Assembly: GCF_963921235.1 (NCBI RefSeq)
Contig: NC_086108.1
Span: 3,658,001 to 3,722,000, forward strand
Direction of reading: 5' to 3'
Length of the DNA stretch: 64,000 nucleotides
Source of the DNA: Mobula hypostoma
Taxonomy: Eukaryota
Shown here: positions 24,661 through 36,290 of the stretch, one piece after another
Layout of the letters: each line of letters begins with the position of its first letter
Position numbering within the stretch: position 1 is the first letter of the stretch
Notes under the pieces: model-generated
The model's input: the letters and a program-made list of their open reading frames with translations, nothing else
Database searches by the model: none
Told to the model about the DNA's origin: nothing
Program-made: the position numbers and the translations under genes

Positions 24661-26459
24661 AGCCAATTTCTAGAAACTGGAGAGCGGAGACGTGTCCTGC
24701 GGTTGGAGATTTACCCGTGGATAGAGTGTATCCATGGCTGAGAGGGAGGAAAGAGAGGTATTGACAGCGGCTGGGGTCACTGCCTGGAAAAAGACAATGG
24801 CAAACCACCACAGCAGAAAAAGTTGCCGGCCATGGTCCTGGAAGGATCATGATTGCCCACATTATAGGACATGGCACAGCATGGTGATGATGAAGAACCG
24901 AGTGACCGCATCTCCATGAACCTGTTGGGTAAGAATTCCAAAGATTCTCCACCTTCTGAAAGAAGGAATTTCTCCCCAACTCAGTTGTGAATGAGAGTAC
25001 TCAAACCTTAAACTCTTTCACTCAAGATAGCGTCCAGCTGCGCTCGCTGTCGACATAGTAGGTAAGACTGAGCTGTTTTCTAGGTCATAGGGACGGTTTG
25101 GGGGACAGAGAGGGCAGTTACGGGTTAGGTTAGGATTTAGGGACAGGGTTTTTTGGAGGAGTTAAGGGTCAGGCCTCCGCTCCGCGTTCAACGTCCGGTG
25201 AAGCAGACGTAGGACGAACCAGGTCCGTGGACGTCGGAATGTCCAGGGTCGTTGGGCCCCCCGGATCTGATGTCCGTACAAGCAGGAGCACAAACAGCCG
25301 ACAAGCCCGGAGTCCGAAGTCTGGATTTCCGGGTCCTGTCATCTGTTAATCCAGAGGATCCCGCTTAAAGATCGATCTGAAGTCCGATAGCTGATATCTA
25401 GAAACTGGAGAGTGGAGACCCATTGTGGGATTGAAGGACTATCCGTGTATGGATTGTATCTGTGGGTGAGTGGGAGGAAAGTGCCTTGTTCAGCTGTTGT
25501 GTTGTTCTGCTGAACACTGTGGGCAACTTATGTTGGCACTGGAACGCAAGGCCACCCTTGCGGGCTGCCCCCAATATATCCCGTGGTGTGTTGGGTGTTA
25601 ACGCATCGAATTTCACTGAATGTTTCAGTATGAATTGGAATCGGGACACTTCACGCAGCAGAAATATATATCGTGTCAAGCCCCTTAATGACCTTGTATG
25701 GTCCACAACCCTAGCGGTGCCGTGGACACAGTTGTGGACTCCTAGTGCTGGAATCTCGAGTTCGATTCTGACCTCCCGTGCTTGTCCGCGTGGAGCTCGC
25801 ATCCACTGGTAAATTTTAAGGTTTGGCAGGTCATAGACTCATAGAGCACTAAAGCACAGAGACAGGCACTTTGCCAAACTAATATTCTTCCGTGTCTATC
25901 TACATCCATCGGACCATATCCCTCCCATTCATGTATGAAAGTCATTGGGTATATTTAAGGCAGAAGTTCATAGATTCTTTATTAGTCAGGGCATGCAGGG
26001 ATGCGAGGAGAAGGCAGCAGACTGGGGCTGAGAGGGAAAATGGCGTAAAAGACTCGACTGGCCAAATGGCCAAATTCTGCCCCTATATCTTATAGCCTCA
26101 CAGTCTTATCCAGACTTCAAACGCAAATGTCAATTGAACCTGCAATCACCGCTTCCACTGGCCGCTCCTTCCACTCTCACCCACCCTCTGAGCGAAGAAG
26201 CTTCTCCTCATCTTCTCCTTAAATATTTCACCTTTCACCCTTAACCTATGTCTCACTCGGGCTTTGCGGGAAAAAAACTGCTTGCATTCGTCCTGTCTAT
26301 AGAGGCACAAATTTGGGAATAATAAATTTACCTTGAACTTTGAACTCTGAATGTGCTGGGATGGTCATAAATGGGTCAGCGGAGACTTTGTGGGCCAAAT
26401 GGCCTTTTTCTACTCTGTAACCCCGTGATTCTATCCCATCTTTTCTAATGTCTATAATC

Positions 26460-27060
26460 TCCAGTCCCTTAATATCTTTTCCTGGGACAAACTAGAAACC
26501 AATCCGGTAAATTCTCCACCGCAAGTGTATCCTGTCTGAGGAGGTCGGGTTTTCTATTCCAGGTGCCGCCTCACCACAGAAAAAAGAAACCACATCCCAG
26601 CGCCCCGCTTTAGAGAAGCCGCGGGAAGCCAGGGCTGCGCTCAAGGCTCTCGGCAAAAGGGCGGGCGCCATATGACCAAGAGGCGCGGTGGTCCTCAACT
26701 CGCAAAGCTCTAACACGACCCCTTAATTGTCTATTGTTCCTCTGGCCGCACTCTGGTGTGCGCCTCGTGCGCTTAATCCGCGCTTTCCCGATGTGGTTGG
26801 CTGGCACTGCAGCCTCGGCCGGGATAAATCCTGCAGCCATCTGCTTGCTCGGTGGCATTCGCGACCCTCTCCCACCGCCGCTTTTGTTGCCCCCCGACCA
26901 CGGCTGAGACCAGAGGGCAACGCAAATAAAGCCACCACCCCTCCCACCCCCTCAAACACCTTCCAGCGCTGAGTGACACCTTCCCGCTTCTGGTCCTACA
27001 CTCCAAGATCCGATCTCTTCAGGTTTATAACTTAAGGTAAGATTTATTAGCCTTTAGATA
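26460..27060. promoter_or_regulatory. CpG-island-like unique sequence, candidate enhancer/promoter
   Basis: GC- and CpG-rich, non-repetitive; CATATG E-box (~26669); TAATTGTCTATTGTT homeodomain+SOX-like composite (~26724-26738). Confidence 0.45.
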
Positions 27061-27354
27061 AAGCATATTACGGACTGTAATTGACTTTTAAAAATCTGGC
27101 GACGGTTATTTAATAGTGATCCTGGTTTAAAGGTTTAACGCGGCAGCTAAAATAATGGCCTAAAGTTCTTAAATGTTAATACTGCGCAGTTTTATATTGT
27201 AAGCTGGACATATCCGACCGAACAGATCCAGGATTCGGGGACGGGGAATTTAAGGCGAGTTTTAAAAATCGGGATATACTGTTGTACAGTTTTCATCCCT
27301 TCAGTGCTAAAGCTTTTATGACAATCAATGCATCAAACCCGCTAAGACAACCAC

Positions 27355-27600
27355 AAACTCGTCATGGTTCGGAGGCTTGCGTCCCTCAGTGACCCGGAGA
27401 ACTATGCTGGCTGGAGTCGGGACTTCACGCTTTGGTTCTTGGTAGGGTCTCTCATGCCAAAAGGGTCAAAGGGTAGAGGCCAGACGCAAAGTGGCCCGGG
27501 GGTTCAGCTCAGGGCTAACAGCCCCGACTGGAAACAGCAACGAAGAATCTTTCTTCATCTGAGAAGCCAAGGACCGAGATGGAAGATCTTCACTGTTGCC
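27355..27600 (+). mobile_element. RTE-type 5'UTR-like repeat (homolog of 13512-13910)
   Basis: Direct similarity between the two copies in opposite orientation. Confidence 0.5.
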
Positions 27601-28342
27601 CGAAACGCCGGCGGCGTAACGGGCCGTAAGTAATGGAGTAAATAAGAACCGATTTTCAGGTGAGAATCGACTCCTTTGGGCTTTAATTTTGCAATAATTC
27701 AATGAATTTTGGGAGGAATGTTTTTTTTAATTATTTATTGATTTATTTGTTTGTTATGATCTATCAAGCTGCATTGCCCAATAACCCCCCCCCCCAATCC
27801 CCCGATTTCATCCTAGTCTAATCACGGACCAATTTACAGAGACCAATTAACCCACCATCCGGTAGGTCTTTGGACCGTGGGAGGAAACCGGAGCATCCGG
27901 AGGAAAGGGACGCGGTCACGCGGAGAGCGTACGGACAGCGGGGGAAGTTGAACCCGAATTGCCGGCGCTAGCCACTACACCACCGCGCTTCCCTACCCGT
28001 CCCCCTCCCTCCCCTCATTACAACCATTTACATTGCTAACTTTTGAGCGAATCTCTTCTAGTTGTCGGTTACTAGTTAGGGAGCGGCTCTAGTTCATAAT
28101 TATTGTTTCGCTGGATTTTTTTTTCGTCAATAACTGGCTTCTAGTCACTACTGGATCACCCGAAGAGAGATAGGGAGCGACTTGATCAGCGTATATCGAT
28201 GTTGCAAAAATATTTCCTGCAACTTCTCTCTTTCGAGCCATTCATTTCAGTCGCCCGTGTTCTCGGAGACTTTCCGTAGGCCGAACTCCCTCCACCCCGT
28301 AACAACTAGACCACCCGAGTCGGATAAGATGTTCTCCTAGGA

Positions 28343-28424
28343 CAGGGTTTCCCAACCAGGGTTCCGCGGAACGCTCGGTTAATGGTAAGGGTCCATGGCA
28401 TTAGAAGAAGTTTGAGAACCCCTG
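28343..28424. mobile_element. hAT(Charlie)-like MITE with imperfect 8-bp TSD
   Basis: CAGGGTTTCCCAA...TTGAGAACCCCTG flanked by TCCTAGGA / TCCTAAGG. Confidence 0.7.
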
Positions 28425-29344
28425 TCCTAAGGGGTCGTCTATTGGTGGGTCCTCGCGTGACTGTAGAGGCCGATCCCGGATCCACATATTCTGGCGAAGT
28501 GTGGGCAACTGTAAATGGTGGCCGTGATTAGCTGTTGGGGTCTTCTGGTTGTCAAAGCAGCAACCAAAATCAATAAACATGAGAGTTTAAAGTGTACCAA
28601 ACAAATACATCACAAGTTGTTACATATCCCTTTGCAAATCATCTTGGGAATGGGATTTAGCGTCAAGAAACTCCCGTGCAGAGCGGACGACGAGAGTTCA
28701 TGAACGTCCAGTCTCCCGTGGGTATCTTTTGCTGTTTAATATTGGCTTTACCTGCTTTTAATTGAAATGTCAATGGTCCAGTAATATACCCCACGGTCAC
28801 CGGGACATGCATGAAGGCATCGCCACCTGAGAAAAACTCAACAGGTCACAAACTATCCACTGATAGAGCGAGCGTGTTCAAAGCTGGGATTCGTTTTCAA
28901 TGGTCCTTCGATACCTGCCGCCAGCATTAATGACCAAATGGTTATTGATTGATTGAGATAGAGCGCGGAATGCTCTCGGAGCTGTGCCGTCCCCGATTTA
29001 ACCCTGGCCTAATCACAGGAATTTAAAATGAACCTACCAACCGGTACGTCTTTGCAACGAGAACACCCGGAGGAAACCCAGGCGGTCACGGGGAGCACGT
29101 ACAAACTCCTTACAGACGGCAGTGCGAATTGAGCCCGGGTGGCTGGTACTGTACAACGTTGTGCTGGCCACTACGCTACCACGTCACGAACTTTTTCATT
29201 TATTGAACTCGATCTGGCATTGACGATAACAGTTCCTTTATTAATTCCATAGTTAGTTTAATAAAAGCTAACTCTCTTCCTGCTGCAAACTTGGAATGTG
29301 AGAGAAATACGGGATAATTTAATGGAACTCAATGACTGCGTTAA

Positions 29345-29830
29345 TAGCTACATCTGCACGTTAATGGAAATAACTAGTCAGCCAATCTTATGGCAGCAAC
29401 TCGATGCATACAGACACGGTCAATTTGTTGTTCAGACTAGACATCAGAATGGGGGAAGAAATGTGATCTAAGTGACTTTGACCGTGAAATAATTGTTGGT
29501 GCCAGACAGGGTGGTTTGAGTATCTCAGAATCTGCTGATCTCCTGGGGTTTAGAGGTTACAATGGTACAAAAAGATGAAGTGTTCAGTGAATGGCAGTTC
29601 AGTCGGTAACGGTGGGGTGTGGGAGGATAGGGCCAGACTGGTTCAAGCTGATAGAAAGGCAGCGATAACTCAGAGAACCAGGCGTTACAACAACGGTGTT
29701 CCGAAGAGTACATCGGAACACACAACACGCCGAACCTTGAAGGATGGGCTACAGCAGCAAAGGCCACGAACACGCACCCAGTCACCACTTTGTTAGGTAC
29801 CGGAGGTACCTACTGAAACGGCTACTGAGT
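29345..29830 (+). mobile_element. Internally deleted Tc1-like element (different family)
   Basis: Encodes decayed ...KCDLSDFDREIIVGARQGGLSISESADLLGF (Tc1 N-terminal HTH); ends with inverted CACTTTGTTAGGTAC...GTACCTACTGAAAC. Confidence 0.75.
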
Positions 29831-29909
29831 ACAGGCTCACGATGTGGCGCCAACCTGTTAACCCACTCACAGATCAATCTAACCTATCCCTTTTACACAA
29901 CCCTTAATT

Positions 29910-30498
29910 ACGCCCTGTCCGCCAGAGAAAGCGGGATCTCCCAGTGGCCACACATTTTAATCCCACGTCCCATTCCCATTCTGACATGTCTATCCACGGC
30001 CTCCTTTACTGTAAAGATGAAGCCACACTCAGGTTGGAGGAACAACACCTTATATTCCGTCTGGGTAGCCTCCAACCTGATGGCATGAACATCGACTTCT
30101 CTAACTTCCGCTAATGCCCCACCTCCCCCTCGTACCCCATCTGTTACTTATTTTTATACACACATTCTTTCTCTCACTCTCCTTTTTCTCCCTCTGTCCC
30201 TCTGAATGTACCCCTTGCCCATCCTCTGGGTCCCCCCTCCCCCCCGTTGTCTTTCTTCCCGGACCTCCTGTCCCATGATCCTCTCGTATTCCTTTTGCCA
30301 ATCACCTGTCCAGCTCTTAGCTCCATCCCCCCCCCTCCTGTCTTCTCCTATCATTTGGATCTCCCCCTCCCCCTCCCGCTTTCAAATCTCTTACTAGCTT
30401 TTCCTTCAGTTAGTCCTGACAAAGGGTCTCGGCCTGAAACGTCGACTGTACCTCTTCCTATAGATGCTGCGTTCACCAGCAACTTTTATGTGTGTTGC
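29910..30498 (+). mobile_element. Penelope-like element 3' end (GIY-YIG tail + 3'UTR + hammerhead unit)
   Basis: Frameshifted DLPVATHFN...HSHSDMSIHGLLYC.DEATLRLEEQHLIFRLGSLQPDGMNIDFSNF, same family as 59364-61050; hammerhead motif at 30411-30448. Confidence 0.9.
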
Positions 30499-31039
30499 CT
30501 CAATTTTTCTGCCATCCAAGAGTTTCTGAATTATCTCTGATGTATCTGCTCTACCGCCACTTCTGGCAGTGCGTTTCACGCACTCCCCACTCTGTGTAAA
30601 TAATGTTAAAAAGCAACTTCACCTCTGACATCCCCCGATACATTCCTCCAAGCACAATAAAATTATGCCAGTTCCACCCTAGTAAAATGTGTCTCTGACT
30701 GTCTGCTCGGCAACAATTAGAAGAAGCCACAACTTCTCCATTTCCGGAGAATTATGAAAACAATTTTTTCCCTGCAATTCTATGAAACATTTAAATCGAA
30801 GTAATATTCTGAATGCCGTGTGAAATAAGCCGCAGATTTTTACCTAAGAGAAGTCACCATGGCAGAGTTTAGTCACGGTGTGCTGTCTTTGAAGAGACAG
30901 GTGAGAGGTTGTTAGCGTGATGGAGGGGGCTTGGATAGAGAACACAGGGAGCTTTTCTCCTTCAGAGGAAGGTCGAGAGATGGCCACAGAGTAATCGGAA
31001 GAGACACTCAGAATGTGGAAATCTATTCTCCACCAGCGA

Positions 31040-31625
31040 ATGGTGTGGATGTTGTTCCAAAGTGGATGTGGAGAAGATGTTTCTTATGGTGGGGCAGTCT
31101 AGGACCAGAGGGCACAGATAGTGTGGATGTGGAAAAGGTGTTTCCTGTAGTGGGAGAGTCTAGGACCAACCAGAGGACACAGATAGAGTGGATGTGGAGA
31201 GGACGTTTCCTACCGTGGGGGAGTCTAGGACCAGAGGACACAGTCTCGGAAAACAAGAACGTCCTTTCGAAAGGACGTTTAGATGAGGAGGAATTTCTTT
31301 AGCCAGATGGTGGTGAATCAGTGAAATTCATTGCCACAGACGGCTGTGGAGGCCAAGACATTAGGTACATTTATGTCCTGACGAAGGGTCTCGGCCTGAA
31401 ACGTCGACTGCGCCTCTTCCTATAGATGCTGCTTGGCCTGCTGCGTTCACCAGCAACTTTGATGTAGGTACATTTAAAGCGGAGCTTGATAGGTTCTTGA
31501 TTAATCAGGGTGCTAAGGGTTACAGAGGGAAGGAGAATAGACTTGAGAGGGATAATAAATCAGCCATGTTGGAATGGCGAAGCAGACTCGATGGGCTGAA
31601 TGACCTAATTTTGCTCCTATGTCTC
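31040..31625 (+). mobile_element. CR1 3' fragment with a locally triplicated segment, interrupted by a 91-bp hammerhead insert
   Basis: GTGGATGTGGA...TCTAGGACCA occurs three times; FPVVGESRT motif. Confidence 0.8.
31374..31410 (+). ncRNA. Minimal type I hammerhead ribozyme motif (PLE-type)
   Basis: GTC-CTGACGA-AGGGTCTCGGCCT-GAAAC-GTC-GAC: intact CUGANGA and GAAA core, AGG/CCT stem II, GUC triplet, GTC/GAC stem I. Confidence 0.75.
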
Positions 31626-32434
31626 AAGGGGAGGCTGAACACAGATATGAGGGAGGCGAAAAGCGGTATCTACATTAATACCGGAAACGCAAGAACATCT
31701 GAAGATGCTGGAAACCCATCAGTCCTGATGAAGGGTCTCGGCCCAAAAAGTCGACTGTTTAATAGATGCTGCCTGGACTGCAGAGTTCCTCCTCCATTTT
31801 GTGTATGTTGCTATTTAGATTGGAGAGAGGCCAGCACGAACGAGCTGGGCCGAATAGCCCGTTTCCGCGCCGCATGTTCCAGGTAATGTCGAGGAGCGGA
31901 CTCTCGTAGCATGTAAGAAGTTTCTGGAATCAGCAAAGGTACAGAGTGCTAGGATTAGTGTGGATGGGTTATTTGATGCTCAGCATAGGCATGATGGGAT
32001 GAACGGCCTGTTTCGCTGGTCTATCACTTTGTAAAGTAAACCGGGTTAACCCCTTATGCCAGGCGGAATGAATGAGCCGAGGCTCGGAGGAGGTCAATAA
32101 TGTGCGCATGTTCGGTGTCGTTGCTGTTTTTCATGCCTGATTCATAGAAGCGGTAAGCGGGGGGAGTACGGGGAATAAATTGCCCCTGTCTGGGGTAGCT
32201 AAACACCGTTCTATGCTTGATAAGATTCCTGATTTCAGCCGCTCATTTGCAAAGCGCTGATTATCGAAAGGTCCTCGTACCTATTCCTGACCCTACGAGG
32301 TCTCTCCCCCTATAACCTTTAACCTTCCCCTCCTATCTACGCCTCCCAACTTTACTCCGAAAGTGTGTTACACTATTCATTCCAGTACTGGGCTAATTTC
32401 CCCACCCTCGTTGCTGCCAAGCCGTTAGAGGGAG

Positions 32435-32590
32435 TGAGGTAGTATTCATGGGATCAATGTCCATTCGGAAATCGGATGGCAGAGAGGAAGAAAATGTAAC
32501 TGAATCGTTGAGTGTGTGTCTTCAGGCTCCTGTACCTCCTCCCTGACGGTAGCAATGAGAAGAGGGCATGCTCTGGGTTGTGGGTGATGG
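32435..32590 (-). mobile_element. Rex1/Babar 3' fragment
   Basis: HALFSLLPSGRRYRSLKTHTQRF. Confidence 0.85.
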
Positions 32591-32735
32591 CGATCGAACT
32601 ATTCCACCCCCCTCCCACAAGTACATTTCCCACCGTGCTTACAAGCAGTGCGGTAGTCACAAGAGGACTAGATCGGACAGGCTGGGGTTCTTGTCTTTGG
32701 AGCAGGGAGGGTTAGACTGAAGAAATGCGGAATCC

Positions 32736-32962
32736 AAACACGAGGAAGTCTGCAGATGCTGGAAATCCGGAGCAACACAGACAAACTGCTGGACGAACTC
32801 AGCAGGCCAGGCAGCATCTAGGAAAAGAGTAAACCGCCGACATTTCGGGCGAGACCCTTCAGCAGGGACTCAGGAAGGGTCTCCTCCCCAAACGTCGACA
32901 GTCACTCTTTTTCCATGGGTGCTGCCTGACCTGCTGAGTTCCTCCAGCATTTTGTGTGTGTG
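32736..32962. mobile_element. Inverted pair of PLE terminal units
   Basis: Minus-strand unit 32736-32868 abuts plus-strand unit 32870-32962, each with a degenerate hammerhead. Confidence 0.75.
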
Positions 32963-33439
32963 GTGCCCGAGAAATCAGGAACTGGGCATGAGATGCTTTT
33001 TTCACTCATTGTATGGAGGTAAATGCGGAACTCAATACCGGCCTGTAACGTTCCACATGTTAACAGAGTCAAGAGCCCTGGTCCCAATGCTGGACTGGGG
33101 ATGCCAACGCGACGGGCCGAATGGCTTCTTTCCCAGCCATAATTATTCTCTGATGGTAAACTAACGCAGGGCTAAAACTGTGCACAGAATCGGTGACTTG
33201 GAGCGTGTTTCCTCGTGCAAGGAGTCTAGATTACGGGAAGCCGGTTTCGCACGATGAACTGGCCTTTGCAGATTTTCTCTCGTTTGTGGTTCGCTTGGCC
33301 GAGACGAAGTTGCCAGTGAGAAAGCGGCGGGGAGCTGCCTCCTTGAACGGGGTACACCCACAGCGCTGTTGGGGAATGGGGCTTCCACAATTGTGACCCA
33401 GATATATCTTTCAAAGTCAAAACAAATCTTTTATTTTGC

Positions 33440-34030
33440 TGAGGGGAGATCTGACAAAGGTTAGTAAGATTATGAGAGGCATAGATAGAGTAGACGGAAT
33501 ATCTGTTTCCAGGGTTGAAATATCTAATATGACTTACATTGAAAGTGTGGGGTGGGGGGGGCGTGTGGGAGTAGGTTCAAGGGGGACGTGAGGGGGAAGT
33601 TTTTTACTTAGACTTGTGAATGCCTGGAATGCGCCTCTTGTTACGGTGCTGGAGGCAAATACTCTACATTAGAGGCTGTAGGAGACGTTTACATGGGCAC
33701 ACATGAATGTAAAGAAGATAGAGGGATATGGACATTGTGTAGTGATAGTCATAGTCATACTTTATTGATCCCGGGGGAAATTGGTTTTCGTTACAGTTGC
33801 ACCATAAATAATAAATAGTAATAGAACCATAAATAGTTAAATAGTAATATGTAATTTATGCCAGTAAATTATGCCAGGAAATAAGTCCAGGACCAGCCTA
33901 TCGGCTCAGGGTGTCTGACCCTCCAAGGGAGGAGTTGTGAAGTTTGATGGCCACAGGCAGGAATGACTTCCTATGACGCTCCGTGCTGCATCTCGGAGGA
34001 ATGAGTCGTAGGTAGGAGGGATTAGATTTT
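33440..34030 (+). mobile_element. CR1 3' fragment interrupted by a minus-strand Rex1 3' fragment (~33745-34006)
   Basis: GDLTKVSKIMRGIDRVD on plus strand; PRCSTERHRKSFLPVAIKL on minus strand. Confidence 0.75.
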
Positions 34031-34254
34031 TGTGTTTTTTTAATTTGCTTTTTATCTGGTTCGCCATGACACCGTGGGTTGAAGTTCTGTCCCTGTACTA
34101 TACTTCCTATGTTCTGTGTAAAACTCACCATATACAACCCTGAGATCTATTTTCTTGCAGGCATTCACATTAAACCGAAGAAGTACATCAGAAAACGACA
34201 CACAAAGACTGACAAACAACCAATGTGCAACAGAAGACAAGTTGTGTAAATTAA

Positions 34255-35230
34255 TAATAACATGAAAAGCAGCAGAAAGAAATATGCTGAATTAAAAGAG
34301 GAAATTGAAAGACTTTGGAACATGTACAGGATATACCTTGTCCCAATAGTAATATCTACAGCTGGTATCATCCCAGTCACCACACAATAGCTTTAAACAA
34401 TTAGTCCTACCCAGCAACGTTCAGGTAAATCACCAGAAAGCCACAGAATCGGGTTTATTATCACCGGCATATGACGTGAAATTTGTTAACTTAGCAGCAG
34501 CAGTTCAATGCAATACGTGATCTAGCAGAGAAAATAATAATAATAAATCAAATAATTATTAATAATAAGTAAATCGATTACAGTATGCATATATTGAATA
34601 AAAATTTTTAAAAACAGAAATTCTGTATATTTTAAAAAGTGAGGCAGTGTCCAAAGCTTCAATATCCATTTAACAATCGGGTGACAGAGGGAAAGAAGCT
34701 GTTCCTGAATCGCTGAGTGTGTGCCTTCAGGCTTCTGTACCTCCTATTTGATAGTAACAGTGGGAAAAGGGCAGCCCTGGGTGCTGGAGGTCCTTAATAA
34801 TGGACACTGCCTTTCTGAGACACCGCTCCCTAAAGATGTCCTGGGTACTTTGTAGGCTAGTACCCAAGATGGAGCTGACTAAATTTACAACCCTCTGCAG
34901 TTTCTTTCGGTCCTGTGCAGTAGCCCCTCCAAACCAGACAGTGATGCAGCCTGTCAGAATGCTCTCCACAGTACAACTATAGAAGTTTTTGTGTGTATTT
35001 GTTGACATGCCAAATCTCTTCAAACTCCTAATAAAGTATAGAACTATCTTGCCTTCTTCATAACTACTGTACATCGATATGTAAGGACCAGGTTAGATGC
35101 TCAGAGATCTTAACACCCAGGAACTTGAATACTAAACACCACCAGAATAGCCTGAAAGCTCCGAGCAATTGACAAATGAGTGTGCTTGGGCACGCCCGTA
35201 TCTCAGGTTTTACCAGACTGAGCTGCAAAC
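34255..35230 (+). mobile_element. R4/Dong-type (RLE) LINE 3' fragment split by a Rex1 insertion
   Basis: KYAELKEEIERLWNMYRIYLVPIVISTAGIIP ... QKAT (34285-34445) resuming as ILNT at ~35129. Confidence 0.7.
34446..35128 (-). mobile_element. Rex1/Babar LINE 3' part
   Basis: FYSCTVESILTGCITVWFGGATAQDRKKLQRVV. Confidence 0.9.
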
Positions 35231-35944
35231 AAAAAGGTCGTTAGATAATACTGAGAATGAGTGGCAGAGTCCTTGAAAACGAGTCTATAGGTTGTGGAAA
35301 CAGTTCAGAGTTGAGGTGAGTGAAGTTGTCTCGCTGGTTCAGGAGAGGTAGATTAAGGGACCAAAATCAACCCAAAGTCACCGCAGCGAGTTTGCCGCAA
35401 TTCTTGAAAACACTGTCTGGGAATGTTTTTCCCCCTTATGGTCCACTATCTCTCCTATCCTTTTCCGGTCCCTAACCTTTTCCTCCTATCTGTATTCACC
35501 TATCACCTTCCAGCTAGCCTTCTCTCCCCAAAACCCCAACCTTTTTATTCTGGAATTTTCCCCATCCTTTCGTAGGTTCTCGGTCTGAAATATCATTTCT
35601 ATAAACACTGCCTGATCTGTTGAGTTCCTCCAGCATTTTGTGAGTGTTGCCAGTTCAACGTCCATCCCGCGAGAGACCTCGGATTAACTTCCCACCGAAA
35701 AGGCAACCGTCTCCGACAAAATGCTGGAACCCCTCAGCACCGCAACGGCGGCCGGGTCCACAGTTTCACAGTCAAACTAAATTTTGTATCTAAGAAGATA
35801 CATTTTCTCGCAGGCATTCACAGGAAAATAAAGAAATACCATGGATTTTACGCTTATGTCATGTCATCTCTGATAGTTAAACACATGTAGGTCTAAAAGC
35901 ATGAAAGGCTCCCAGAAAGAAACTGAGTTTAATAAATCGCGTCA

Positions 35945-36290
35945 GAAATCAGAATCAGGTTTAATATATCATGATATTTGCTAACTTTGCGGCAGCAGTA
36001 CAACACAATACAAAATAACAGGGGAAAAAACAAAATAACTGTAAGCATGTGTATATATTAAATAGTTAAATTAAATAAGTTGTGCTGAAAAGAGGAGGAA
36101 AAAAAGTAGTGAAGTTGTGTTCATGGGTTCAATGTCCATTCAGAAATCGGAAGGCAGGGGGGAAGAAGCTGTTCCTGAATCGCTGAGTGTGTGTCTTCAG
36201 GCTTCTGTACCTCCTTCCTGATGGTAGCAATGGGAAGAGGGCATGTCCTGGGTGATTGGGGGTCATTAATGATGGATGCCGCTCACTGAA
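35945..36290 (-). mobile_element. Rex1/Babar 3' fragment
   Basis: HPGHALFPLLPSGRRYRSLKTHTQRFRNSFFP; similar fragments at ~36840-37245, 46310-46860, 49250-49525, 49590-50030. Confidence 0.85.

Noticed and set aside
25120..25150. Interstitial telomeric repeat
   Set aside because: Only about three degenerate TTAGG(G) units; too short to be meaningful
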